A stretch of DNA of 64,000 nucleotides from Utricularia gibba (lineage: Eukaryota; Plantae; Magnoliophyta): NCBI GenBank assembly GCA_002189035.1, contig NEEC01000012.1, positions 310,001-374,000 on the forward strand, written 5' to 3'. Below the pieces are notes generated by a model that saw only the letters and a program-made list of their open reading frames with translations, was not told the DNA's origin and did no database searches. Each line of letters opens with the position of its first letter. Position 1 is the stretch's first letter. Shown here piece after piece: positions 27,416 through 40,589 of the stretch. Made by a program: the position numbers and the translations under genes.

Positions 27416-30400
27416 CAGTATTTTAAAACCTGCGATTAGATTAAGTAGGTTGCTGGTCCAAATGGTACCCAGTAAACTTAACAGTCGGGTCAAAGTCTGG
27501 TTGTATAAATAATTCATTATTTCAAAAAAACCTAGTTTTCTCATTTCTCTCTTCTAAGCTTAGCCGATGCCATCTTTTGTTTTTTTTTTTTTTTTTTGAG
27601 AACAAGTGTGAAATGGATGAATCTTGCAACAACACACCTCAGGCTCAATCAGTCCAATGTCAAAGAATAGATGAAACATGTGACTAAATAGTAGAGAGAC
27701 CTGATTGGGATGGAAAGGTAAAATTTTTTTGTTGTTTTTATGATCACAAATGTGTGGTGGTGGAATTTATAGAGTAAAACAACATCTAGCTTATCAAAAT
27801 GCTGATGTTGCTCTATGCCTTAAGGTATATCCAAATATTCAAAATAAATTTGAAAATGCTCTTGAAGTTGATAGCAAGAAAAGATAAAGTCAGGTTAGCA
27901 TTCTTGATTTCTTTCAAAACTATGAAATTGAAGATCTAAAAAATGATGAAAGATATGGTAATGAAGGAATAAAAAAACACAAGTTCAAGCTACTTTGAAG
28001 AGGTGTTGAATTAGAAAAAAAAGAAATCAAAAAGGCCAAATTAGAGTTTACAACCTCTATATCTAGATGATAAACATAACTGGATTTATGTTTAGTATCA
28101 ACAAACTTTCATAGACTACACCAAAAGTGACCTAAGAATTTAGTATGTTGATTTGAGACAATAGAAAGGGGCAAACCATGAACACGATACATTTCACAAA
28201 AGAATAATAGAGCCACTTGCCTAGCATCAGTGGTTTATCGACAAGGAATAAAGTGTGCCATTTTGGAGAATTTCTCAACCACCACAAAATATAGAATCAT
28301 GCTCCTTTTGGTTGCGGGGAAGGCCCAAGACATAATCCATGCTCAAGTCGACCCACAGCTAAGATGGAACCGGCAACAAAAGATAAAGACTAGCATTTGT
28401 GGCTGATCCCTTGCTATGCTAACAAACATGAAATGATGGAATAAATTGGGTGACATGCTTTCGCTGCCCCAACCAATAATAAGCTACACGCACTAATTGT
28501 AATGAGTGATCATATCTTATGTGACCTTCATTATGAAAAGTCTGAACCAAGAACAATTGCAAGTTAAAATCTGGGATACAGAGTCACTTTTCCTTAAATA
28601 AATAACCCTCATGCACAGTTTAATCCCCCCATGATCAACACCAATTTGTTGCCAAATCAATCCAAAAAAAGAGTCATTAGGACATATGCTAAAAATGAGT
28701 GGAGGCATTCGAAACTTGATGCCTGAACCCTCAAGGTCCCAAACAAACTCATCATCAGCTACCTTATTATGCTTGTCACTCTTGTGGTTGATGGTAAAGG
28801 TGAGTTGTTGGAGTAAGTCTATTTAATACCTATGCTAAAAATTTTATCTTGACTATAGAGATGTTTCAATGAATCATAATTTTTCCATAAAATGAATTCT
28901 TGATAAAGTAGGTAATACTTTCAATAAGTTAAGACTCAAACAAATGCACAAAGTTCCATCTCATAAGTGCTATAATTCCATTTACCATCGTCGAGTTTCT
29001 TGCTGAAAAAGGATATGGGATATTGTTGCTGAGGGTATCACCAATTCCAACCTTGGAGACATCACAATGTAGTTCAAATGGTAATTTAAAGTTTGAAATT
29101 GCCAATATAGGTACTGAGGTCAGCCTAATTTTCATCAAATGAAATGTCGACTCGACCGCTTCAGTCCACACAAATTTATCTTACCTCACGCATCAGTAAT
29201 AGGGGCCATCAATTCGCTGAAATTAGCAATAAATCTTTGATAAAAAGAAGCAAGGTCATGAAATCTTTGAACCTCAAAAATAAATGTGGGTACTGACCAA
29301 GAGGTGAAAGCGTCAACGTTAGCTTGTTACACCTCTCACCATCACTTGAAATTACATAATCCAAAAATAAAATCTTATTTTACATAAATAGTCACTTAGA
29401 TTTGGCAACAAAGAAGTATTCCTTTTGGAAGGTCATCAAAATAACATGAATATATTGGATATGGGTTTCCTATTCAGGGCCAAAAATCAAAATATCATCG
29501 AAGTAGACCATAAAAAACTTGCCAATAAATCAATGCAGTAATTGGTTCATGACCCACATAAACATGTCCAGTTCGTTAGATAAACGAACAACATGACCAT
29601 CCATTGTCAAAGACCTTCCATTATCTTGAAAGTCAATTTCCATTCGTCCCTTGATCGAATCCAAATCTGGTTGTACCAACTTTTTAAGTCCAATTTCGAA
29701 AATATAGTGGATCCTTAGATTTGGTCCAATAAATCATCAAGTCGAGAGATTGGAAATCGATACCTCATAGTAATCTTGTTGATACCCCGAAAATCCATAT
29801 TTATTCACTACATCCCATCTTTTGTTGGGTACAAGGATGATAGAAACTGCATACGAATTCAGACTTTCTCTAATTTGACCTATTCGCAACAATTCTTCTA
29901 CCTATCAGCTCATTTCTTCATGTTCAGAAGATGTCAACCTGTAGTGTAGCCGGTTAGGGAGGGAAACTCCTAATATCATATCTATTTTATGTTGAATTTC
30001 GAATAAAGAAGGTAAACCATCAGGTAACTCTTGGGAAAAAAATGAGTTAAACTCCTTAAATAACTCTTTCACTTTTAAAGTATGTTCTGCCTCAATTATA
30101 TGATAATTATCACTACTTGTCACAATTTCCTCTTCCAATAGTCAGGCTGACAATAAGCTAATATCTTTCGAAGATGTCCCATTGGATGCTAGTTTCAACG
30201 GTAAAAGAACAATCTTTACTTGATTGAACCAAAACATGTGTATTCTCATATCCGGAGTGAAAAACTTTTCAACCATCAATCATGAACTTACAAATCTTTT
30301 CTTGGATTGTAAAAGAGGATTGAAAAATATTGTTCCTGAGCCAGTGCTGCTCAACATCCTTAACTAGGCTAAGAAAAACCTATTGTAGCATTAAACAAGA

Positions 30401-32603
30401 CTTGATATCTTCGTGAACCCATTCTTCCTCTTCGTGAGTAGAGTTTTCTGAGTTCCTCACTAAAAGTTCCTCTTCTTTAGACTCAACATTCTGATCAGTC
30501 ATCAACACCTTCTCTCTAGATTTTTTTTTTAGAATCTCATTGTTTGTGCCCATACTCACTGGAGAAGTCGCACTTCAATCCATTAACAGCATTCTTAGTG
30601 CTGTTTCCTAGTTTTGACGAGCTTGTACTATATTTCTGAGAGTTGTGTCTTGAGGGCAAGGGGGTCATATCATGAGAAGTCAAATTCCCTTGCCATACTC
30701 GACACTCTATAATCAAAACTTATTGGAAGGCCTCATCCACACTCATTGGATCATAGATGTTCAATTCATCTTAAATACTCAAGTGGAGTGATGCTAAATA
30801 GTGCCCCACCAACTATTACTCAATTTCTTGTAGTTCAATACATGATACCAATCAAGTGAATCCATTAGTATACCCTATTGCAAGCTCAACAACTTCTGAA
30901 ACATGACATGGAAATTATAGGGCAAAAAATTTAGTCACGTATTCTTCTTCATCTTTTCCCATGATTTAATCTTAGACTTTCCCATTCTATTGAGGGTAAG
31001 CTTCAATTGTTCCCACTACGATACTACACTACTATGGAGCCACATTACCACTAGGGGAATACAGAAGTCCTTCGAAAACCTACTTGTACTCAAATACACC
31101 CTCCACTATGGCTAACCAATTCATGAACTCTTCAGCTTGCAGGCTACCGTGAAATTCCAAAATGTCAATTCATAGATTTGCAACACCTACCCACCTCCAT
31201 CTGGCCACTTCGTTTATCAGACCTATGCTCAAATCACCCGATGGACAAATTTTCTTGTTGATTTTGCTTAGGAGTGGCTTCCGACACTTGGCTGAGTAGG
31301 ATATCCATCAATCTCAATAGTTTTTCTATTTTTAGTTCAAGAGCATCAAGGTGTTCAAAGATCATATGATCTCGTCTGTACTACTCATTACCAAATCCAC
31401 TACCTCCCCAAGACATGGTTGTGTGCCCTTCATCTAGCACCAAAATGATGTAGCAGGACAATCGAGGTCAATAGAAAAATAAGTGTAGCAGCACCCAAGA
31501 TACAATCCCCTGCTAAAACAAAAGATAGTAGTAACAAAGATTGGTACTCAAGCAATGTCAATATGGATGTACACAAACACTGCACATAAGCTCGACAGCA
31601 TACTTGCAAGTTTACGAAGGCAATAGACCCAAGGAGTTTGTGCAACACTCATTAAACACAAGTTCTTTCTAGACCTCCAACTTGATAACCAAAAGAACTA
31701 ATGACAGTAGCTAGATAGGGGCAACATTTAATTTCTTTAACTTGAACCTAGATCTCACAAGCCTGCTCCAAATCATGGGTCTGGATTTACATCAAAACTA
31801 GAATGTGTTTAATCAAATTCATACAAAATTAAGAAATCGATTGGAGCATCACAAATTGAATGATCTTGTGTATGGGATTATAATTAGAAACTATATGATA
31901 AGTATATTAAATTTATATCTTATTTTGATCTATTTATTTGCATTCTTTAAGGAGATAAATTTGTCGTTATTAAGATGATTTGAAAAATCTGTTTCTTTTA
32001 ATGCAATTCATATTGAGAACATAGATAGCACACAAGAATCTTAATGGTTTCTTGAGAAGGGGAATGATCTCTTTTTGGATAATGTGGAGATTGAAAGAAT
32101 GCTGTATGAAGATCTAGGAGTTTCTATAGTTGAAAAAGAAAATGTCGCTAACCTTGAAGGTATATATATATTTTTAACATTTATATTAGTATGTGTTTTG
32201 AACTAATACTTCATTTTTATATTTTAGTTAACATACCTTTGAGTTCAACCTCAAGAGTGGATGAAGATCTAGATTTTAGTTCTTTCGCTGATGTAATTTA
32301 TTGTGATTAATGATGAATGATAATATTTCAAGAAATATTATCAATTGTTATATTTAGAATGTTCATTTAGTTAGACATCTTGAATTAAGACTTTAATTTT
32401 ATATTAAGTTTATATTTGTACACTTATTTATGAGTTGCTATCTTTTGAAAGTACGCGTTAGAATGATATATTGTAAATTTATTATCAAAAATATATTTAA
32501 AAAGCGACCAGAGGATTTGACCGGTTTGATCAGGATCTGACCAGTCTAACCGCTGCCTGATAACCACACCGGTTGGAAGGGCAAACCATTATTTAAAACG
32601 CTC
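27416..32603 (+). mobile_element. Defective hAT (Tag1-like) transposon with nested CRM retrotransposon
   Basis: Left TIR CAGTATTTTAAAACC, degenerate right TIR ATTTAAAACGCTC, perfect 8-bp TSD CTTGTATT (27408-27415, 32604-32611). BED-finger remnant GGGIYRVKQHLA...C at ~27745-27830. Dimerization-domain remnant FNQIHTKLRNRLEHHKLNDLVY at ~31805-31875. Confidence 0.85.
28050..31450 (-). mobile_element. Chromovirus (CRM-like) Ty3/gypsy gag-pol remnant
   Basis: gag IDILEFHGSLQAEEFMNWL (~31170-31110). RT start LPDGLPSLFEIQHKIDMILGVSLPN (29905-30138). RT-RNaseH LTSVPILA..F..PFELHCDVSKVGIG (28929-29171). Integrase WVDLSMDYVLGLPR...FSKMAHFIPC (~28360-28240). Many stops. Confidence 0.85.
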
Positions 32604-32922
32604 CTTGTATTGCCGAGGTTTTCTTGCGGATGATAAATAAAAGCCTGAAGTGCATAGATTGGCAATAATTCTAAATAAATAAATAAAAGCGGGCTGAACA
32701 TCAAATTCTACTTTTGACGCGTTAGGGGCAATAATGTCAAATTCCATGCCACCCCCTTATTGACATCAAATTCGAGTGCATTGAGCTAGACGCGCTAATC
32801 ATTGAGCGCCCTTCGTATATGACTCATGAGGAGAAGGCTATTTCTGTAAACCATCAAGGGCTTGGGTGGGCATTAGCTTTTTGCCCCTCTGATTCTTCTT
32901 TCGTCCACGCGTAAAGTTTCCG

Positions 32923-34442
32923 ATGAGGAAAGAACCCCCGTCTTCCGCCGTCACTACCGTCGGCAAGATCTATCTCTGCTTTTTGACCAAGCCCGTCGCC
33001 GCGGGGCTGCTTTCCGTTACTCTGATCATTCTGCTTCTCAGTTTTCAGCCTCACTTCGATTACTTGATTTCTGCTTCCTCCTTTTGTTCCTCCTCCGCCG
33101 AGGTTACGCCGATCAGATCCGTTGCCGCCGGGGCGGTTTCTTCAGCGAAAGTAAGATTTCGTTCTCCTGCGGACCCTGACAAACGGAATTTCCTGGCGCA
33201 CGGCAACGCCGCCGCGCTCTTCGTCCAAATGGGGGCCTACCGTGGCGGCCCGACGACTTTCGCGGTGGTGGGTTTGTCGTCGAAGCCTATTCATGTTTAC
33301 GGTCGGCCTTGGTACAAGTGCGAGTGGATTCCGAACAACGGGAACTCGTCTGTGAGAGCCAAAGCCTACAAAATTCTTCCCGATTGGGGATACGGCCGCG
33401 TTTACACCGTCGTAGTCGTCAACTGCACCTTCTCGGAGAATCCCAACGCAGATAATCGCGGGGGGAAATTGATGCTCCAAGCCTATTACGGCGAGTCCCC
33501 GCGGCGATTTGAGAAGTTCCCCGTCTTGGAAGAAGCACCCGGCGCCTACAACGATTCCAAATTCCAGCCACCGTACCAATACGAGTATCTTTACTGTGGC
33601 TCTTCGTTGTACGGTAACTTGAACGCCTATAGAATGAGAGAGTGGATGGCTTATCACGCTTGGTTCTTTGGACCCAGTTCGCATTTCGTGTTTCACGACG
33701 CTGGCGGCGTGTCCCCGGCGGTTATGGCGGTGCTGCAACCGTGGATTAGAGCCGGGAGGGTTACCGTTCAGGATATCAAGGCTCAGGCGGAATACGACGG
33801 CTATTATTACAACCAGTTCCTTATCGTTAACGATTGTCTCCACCGGCACCGCCACGCAGCGAATTGGACTTTCTTCTTCGATGTCGACGAATATCTCTAT
33901 CTCCCCCCGGAGAAACTCTCGACTCTGTTCTCAGAGACTTGTCCAATTACACCCAGTTCACAATTCAGCAAAACGCCATGTCTAGTTTCCTCTGCACCAA
34001 CGATTCCGCTCCCGAAATTTCTAGGTATTGCCTCTTGACTCATTCCCAGTTTTCACTCAGATGCACCTTCTCTGACTCCGATTGCTGTTCCTGATTTTTA
34101 ATTAGGCAATGGGGATTCGAGAAGCTGGTTTTCAGGGACTCACGAACAAGAGTCCGGCGTGATCGGAAGTACGCAATTCAGGCGAAAAACGCCTACGCCG
34201 CCGGAGTCCACATGTCAGAAAATGTCTTCGGAAAAACTCTTCACCTAACCGATTCACGAATCCGATACTACCATTACCATAATACCATTACCTTCGACAA
34301 AGAGCTCTGCCGAAAGGTCCTCCCAGACACCGCCGTGAGCGCCACCACATGGATCGACAAGGTCCCATTCGTAGTCGACGATAACATGAAAAAACTAGCT
34401 CCGGTGGTCAAAGAGTTCGAGCGGCGGTCCCTTCGCCAATGA
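32923..34442 (+). CDS. GALS1: Galactan beta-1,4-galactosyltransferase (GT92, GALS1-like), with an apparent 1-nt frameshift at 33903-33908
   Basis: Motifs GNAAALFVQMGAYRGGP, LPDWGYGRVYTVVVVNCTF, YLYCGSSLYG, REWMAYHAWFFG, NQFLIVNDCLHR, FFFDVDEY, QWGFEKL, GVHMSEN, RYYHYHNTI. One intron 34025-34105. Exon total 1439 nt, one short of a multiple of 3. Confidence 0.9.
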
Positions 34443-36303
34443 GGTCACAGGAAAATTCGTGGCTTATTGGAGTATTTTTTTATATTTCTTTTTTCGGGTT
34501 GCCATCAAAATCATCGAGAATGTATAGAAGACTACACTTGGCTTTTTGTTTTCAGTTTTTTAATAGTAATTTGCCACCTGGCGACCACCGAGGCAACGCA
34601 CCCATCACTGCTGTCTCCCAAGTCCCAGCCCCACCCTATTACGGTTACTTTTTTATTTTCTAGTTTTAGTAATAACAAAAGACATGTGAGTCACGTGACC
34701 CGATGTTTAAACACGTTATGGGCCTTACTGAGCTTCAGGGGGTCATAGGCTCGATGCAGGCCCATAAATAATTGGCCCACAAGCAATTGAAAGGAACGTA
34801 ACCCTAAGACCGCGTTTGGTATGCGGGCTTCACATCACGCAACTTCCCGCATACTTTAAAACGGTTAACCAACCATTTGTGGGTTGATTTCGTAAATCTA
34901 TAAAATTAAGGGGTCATTTGGCATGAGGTATATCATAGGTTTGATAAAAACAAATCCTTTCATATAATGTTAAACTGCAATATATTACATTTCTTATTTC
35001 AAAATTGTTTTGTTCCACTTATTATTATTTTTATTTTCTTTCTTTTTATCATTAAATTCATTATCTATCTTAAATTTTCTATAAAAAAAAAATCATTCTG
35101 ATTCTATAGGTATAATGAAAAAAAAATATTTTTTATTTAATTTTGAATTATTATTTTTTAATAATATTTTATGTAATATAATGTATAATTAATCTGCTAG
35201 AAAATTTATTTAATTATGGATATTGGTAATATTCTATACATATCCAATTGCAAAATTTTCAATCAATTATGTGATGACTTCATTCATCTAAAATAATATA
35301 TCCTACAAAATACATCAAGTTTTTTTTCAAATATCATGTCTTTGTAACAAAAATTAAATCTATTAATATTTAATTCTCTACCAAGCAAGGGGTATGGATA
35401 ATTTACTGTATATAACAATAATTATTTTTTGTAGTAACACTTTAGTATTTAATTAAAAAAAGTCCCTTTTTCCTGGTCACAATTAAAAATGAATCAGAAA
35501 AATCATCCAAAATTTGAGGTGAAAACTTGAGGCTGGCAAGTTGGCAGCATGAGACAAGAGTATCTCCATCTTGATCCACATATTATTTGATAATTAAAAA
35601 TTAAAAAAAATTATAATTTTTATATTTTAAAATGGAGGGTATTTTTTTAATAGGCTGGAGGAGAACTAGAATACACCACTAATGCTCGAATTCTTCTTTG
35701 ATATATGCTTATATGCCTACCTAACCCTATTATATAGTGTTTGTTCTTGAATAGCTAGGCCGGTTCAGAGCCCAATCTGCCGGTTCGACCCGGCTAGTTT
35801 TTCTTATGATTTAGAAGAGTATTTTTCTTCTATTTTTATAATAATAAAAAAACATTTAATTACACATTGTTATAGAATTTAAGGCATTTTTTGGAATTGG
35901 AGAATTTTATATTATAAATGAGTGACCGCCTTTAGAAAATTTCAACTGCAGTCCCTTTCGTTCTAGTCTCTCCGCACCGTCTAAGACCAGCCGTCTTCTT
36001 TCCTCTGCACTCCACAATCCACACGTTGTATTCGGACGTACTTTCGCTGAAAAAAGCTCCTTTATTTCACTTGAGGCATCGTTTTTTTGTTCCTTTTCTC
36101 CCTTGTTGAATCTGATTTTTCTTCTTCTTCTGATGCATTTTTGGTTTTTTGTGATGTTTTGCTGCTAGTTTGATTTTGGTTTAAATCCCTGATTGGAAAT
36201 GCGGTTTCCATATGATATCCTTGCAGATTCTGGTTTTTGGGGGCTGAAACGCCTGATAGATGTTCCTCTGCAGCGTGGATTGATCGGCAACGCTGAGAAA
36301 ATC

Positions 36304-37459
36304 ATGGTAGCTGTACTGTTTGAAGTTTTCGTTTTTTATTTTGATGCTGTTCTCTAGGTATTTGTTGGTTTGTCTGTGAGAAAAATCGCAGGTCAGTCAG
36401 ATCGCGGAAATGGGTAAAGAGGATATAGGGCCTCCGTGGCTGATACCCATGCTGAAAGCTGATTACTTCATCCCCTGTTCTGTGCATTTCGATTCCAACA
36501 AATGTGAATGCAATTTGTTCTGCTTGGATTGCATGGATAATGCCTTGTGCTCTTACTGTGTCGTTCATCACACTGATCATCGCGTTCTTCAGGTCTACTG
36601 TATTCCTCTTCGCCACCCCCCACCACCCTTTTGTTCTCACGATCTGCTACTCAAGTTCACGAGTATTATTGCAGATTAGGCGATCCTCTTATCATAATGT
36701 GGTTAGAGTGAGTGAGATTCAGAAATACATCGATATTTCGTGTATTCAGACGTATGTAATCAACAGCGCAAGGATCGTGTTTCTGAACGCGAGGCCGCAG
36801 TCGAGGCCCGGAAAAGGGATCATTTATACCTGTGAAATTTGTGCTCGTGGACTACCTGATTCTTTCAGATTCTGCTCCCTTGGCTGCAAGGTCCGATCTT
36901 TTCTCCTCTCGCTGTTTTTCTCATTAATGGTGAACTTCCTAGTGAATCCATTCAGTTTTAATGTGGTCTCAGCTATATTCATGCATCCTTTTCCTTCTTT
37001 GCTAGGACAAAGAAATGGAAGTTAATGAGCTTGTTCTTTGTGTCAATTTTCTTTACGTTACTATTAAATATTACTTTTGTTTTCGCATAGTGCATGTACT
37101 ACAACACAAAGCTCGTATTCATTAGCCATTATTGACTCCTATTGGATCTACATTTGCAGTTGGAGGGAATCATGAGAGGAGATGGCGCAAAGCTCACATT
37201 CTCCGTGAAGCCTAAAACCAGCAGGGGAAGGATGATGGGCGATGACTCCGACGGCGAGTCTGATGAACCCTCTACGCCCAACAAGTTCCCACGATTCGGT
37301 GCCTTCAACCGCATCTTAGACGGCGTACTCACATCACCCGGAGGCTCCAGTAGCTCAGGAGATGACGGGTGCTGCAGCCCCTCCCCTTCCACTCCAACGT
37401 GGCTCCACCACAAAAGCCCCCACCGGAGAAAGGGGACTCCCCACCGTGCTCCGTTCTAA
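36304..37459 (+). CDS. PLATZ zinc-binding transcription factor
   Basis: Exons (36304-36306?), 36392 or 36410-36592, 36675-36890, 37160-37459. Motifs [75 protein letters not shown]. Confidence 0.92.
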
Positions 37460-39299
37460 TACCAAACCCAGCGCTTGATAATTTACTGAAAGGGGAAATA
37501 TTCTATAGGTGTGTGAATAGGAGGTGCTGCGTGTTGTGTGTGTGTTATACGAATGAATGCCGTCGATGCTGCATGTGTGCATATTCTATAGCCGTGCACC
37601 CCGTGTTTGAATCAAGGCAACGAGGTGGTGCATTAGTTTTATTACCATAAATTAAGAAAAATATGGTTTTTTAAATAAATATTTTCAATTTCCATACAAG
37701 TTGAACCTTTGGATGCTAAATGTTACCGCATCCGAAGGGAAACTAAAAGAATGGGTTTTTAAAATCTGAAGTTCTACTCATGTTTGAATTTGATTTTTGA
37801 TGGTTGTTTTAGCCAAGTTAGCACATCAACCACAAACATAGTAGCAGTTCATCTTGGTCAATTGAAGTACTTCAAACGTGTAGGTGTGAACTGCACCTGA
37901 TTGCACATGATCTTATGATTAGCCCATGTCTCCCATTCTTTTTCACTTAATTTGTTTCTATGTTTGTATTCAAGTTGTTATCAAGCATTTCTGTTTATTT
38001 TTCTTGAACCATCTTTTGTTTCTGAATGCATTGAATTACATTAATAAATTATCGTTCTAGTTTTATTCAAAATCGAAAGTGCATTGTATCACAAATCATC
38101 TAGATATTTTGCACAAATCAACAGACTTGTTGTGTCACCCAGCAACAATAAAAGCATTGCTTGTGTTCTACAATCAATGCATCTCAACATCTAGTATCAG
38201 AGGGTTACGAAAACTATCCTCTAAATCATCACGGATGCCAATACCTCTAATGTCTCGAAGTTTGGAGCAGATTATACCATTTCGGTTTTTCACATGAAAG
38301 CATATCTTAGAGCCTAAAAATTGCATGTTATTGAAAATGACTCCCTAGTTACATAATCTACTACAAAGATTACCACTTAGAATCCATATGAAAAACTCGT
38401 AAAAAGAAACACAAAGGTTGTTATTTTCTTTGGTCTTGATCGCTCAATAAATCTTCAAGTTATTATATGCGAAATTCCAAGGAGATCTAAAGAAAATTAC
38501 ATCTCGAGTTTGAAGGAGATGAATTGACAAATATGAAGTAGAAGCTTGAGATCTTGAGAATGCTGCAAAATGAGACAATACAACAGTATGTGATTGTGTC
38601 TCAAAAGGTTGTTAACGAAATGAGAATCTTGGGAGTTAACAAAGATAAATTTTCAGTGTTGAAGAAAATCCTACACACATTACTTTCATACTACGAACCT
38701 AAAGTCAGTGCATAAGAAAATTGTTCAATTATAAAAGCCTCATAGTCGCAAGTTCTGAACTCTATGCAAGATTTGATGAATAGGCTGTAAAAGGGAATAG
38801 ATCATACTGAAAAACATATTTGATGAATTGTTACCATGACTTTATTGCTATCTTGTGTACTAGGCATGGAAAAACTCCTCATGAATGAGTCAACATCGAC
38901 ATATGAATGATGGTCATTGGCTTCTCCCTTTTAACACCATGGAACTTTGAATTTGAATAATAGGTCTTCAAGTTAGTACCCGGATCTTTATTATGAAAGA
39001 TGATTAGTTATTAGCCTCACGATCACTTATTCAACTCTTTGATCTCTTAACTAAACGCGTAAAGTTATCGTGTTTTTACCGAATTATTATCCTAGTTCTA
39101 GGGTATTTATGTCATCATTTGATTCCCTTTTATGTCTAAATTAGGGATTGCCAGGTAATGTTCATATTTTATCCCAACTTGAGGTGGAAGGTAATTTGGA
39201 CACCAGATACTTTATACATTTTAATGTCGTTGGGCTATTTACCACATTTCTAAAATTTTAAATGAGGCAAAAGACTTTCGATTCATTACCAATCCCTTT

Positions 39300-40580
39300 G
39301 CTAATTAGAGGTTGTTTGATCATTACTATCACATCTATATTTCAAATGAGATGAAGATCATCAAGTAATGACTCGTGCTTTCGTCAATTAAATATTACTG
39401 GATCATTACTGCTTCTTTTGTATTTTAATGAATTTCCTAAGTCATCACTCCAAACCTCTATTGGGAAAAAAGGTAGGGTCATTACTCTTAATTTATTTTT
39501 TGAAATATTTGAAGGTTGTTAGATCATTACTTGTGCCTTCATGATTTCAGGTTATTTGATAGTTATTTTTACCTGTAAATTTCAATAATTTGTAATTATA
39601 CCTTCATTATAAAAATTCTATTAGATTACTATTCTCATATTTGATCTAAATGGAAAGATTATTGACTCACTATTTGTAATTCTGTTATGAGAATTTTTGA
39701 ATGATTTTTTAAATTGATTCCTATTATAGAATCTAATCAACATGTGGTTATTAATTTCTTCCTTATCCTATGTCAACTAGCATTAAGATGTATCGGAAGA
39801 CTTGATTAGAATATTCACACTTGAACTGAGTTTATAGCATCTATGTTCACTAGTAGTGATATTTGCTCATATGTGAGGATGATATAGGATCATCCTTTGC
39901 AACCCTCAACATATGGGTGAGATTGGAAGGCTCATTTGATATGATCACTTCCTTCGAAGATATTAAGTGGCTACCCTTAACATTGTTTTGATAAGGAGGT
40001 CATTGGGTCATTATTTTAACTATCTCAATAAATGACCTTCTGATTCATTTGATTAATGAGTATTGAGAAATATAATAATATATGATTGTGAAGTTACTAT
40101 TCTGGTCATTGCTATTTTGGATTGAAGGTTTTTGAGTTACTATCTTTAACTTTATTTTGATGAGAAGTCTTTGAGTTATTACCTTGACCATTATGGGTGT
40201 TTGCCTTCAACTTACACTTGTTGAGTTTTTTCTTTATCCAATACTAGTCATTATTAAGATATGTATCCACTAGTGACAATGTTTGTTGATAAGTGAGAGA
40301 TTATAAGATTATTCTTCATTCCTTCAAGACATAATCGAAATATTGTCATTCTAAATTTGAAGGTTATTGAGTCACTATTATGGCCTTCATATTTTTAGGA
40401 GATTTTCATATAACTATGCTCACCATTTCATATAAACCTTGTGATATCTCAAGCTAAGCAGTATTGAGGCTTCCTTGATAGAAATGTGTTAGGTCATTAT
40501 CTTACTTTTACCACTTTAATATTGAGGGTTGTTAGATCATTATTCTTGTTAAATAATCGAAAATTATTGGGTCACTATCC
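39300..40580. repeat. Degenerate ~40-bp-period tandem array (core GAAGGTT.TTG(A/G)GTCA(C/T)TAT)
   Basis: Cores near 40005, 40092, 40134, 40172, 40246, 40369, 40410, 40491, 40533, 40569, spaced at multiples of ~36-42 bp. Similar cores at 39318-39660. Confidence 0.6.
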
Positions 40581-40589
40581 TCACTCGTA

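Noticed and set aside
33142-33855. 237-aa minus-strand ORF
   Set aside because: Antisense shadow of the GC-rich GALS1 exon, with no recognisable motifs.
39300-40580. CRISPR-like repeat-spacer appearance
   Set aside because: Eukaryotic context, repeats highly degenerate and non-palindromic, no cas genes. It fits a retroelement tandem array better.
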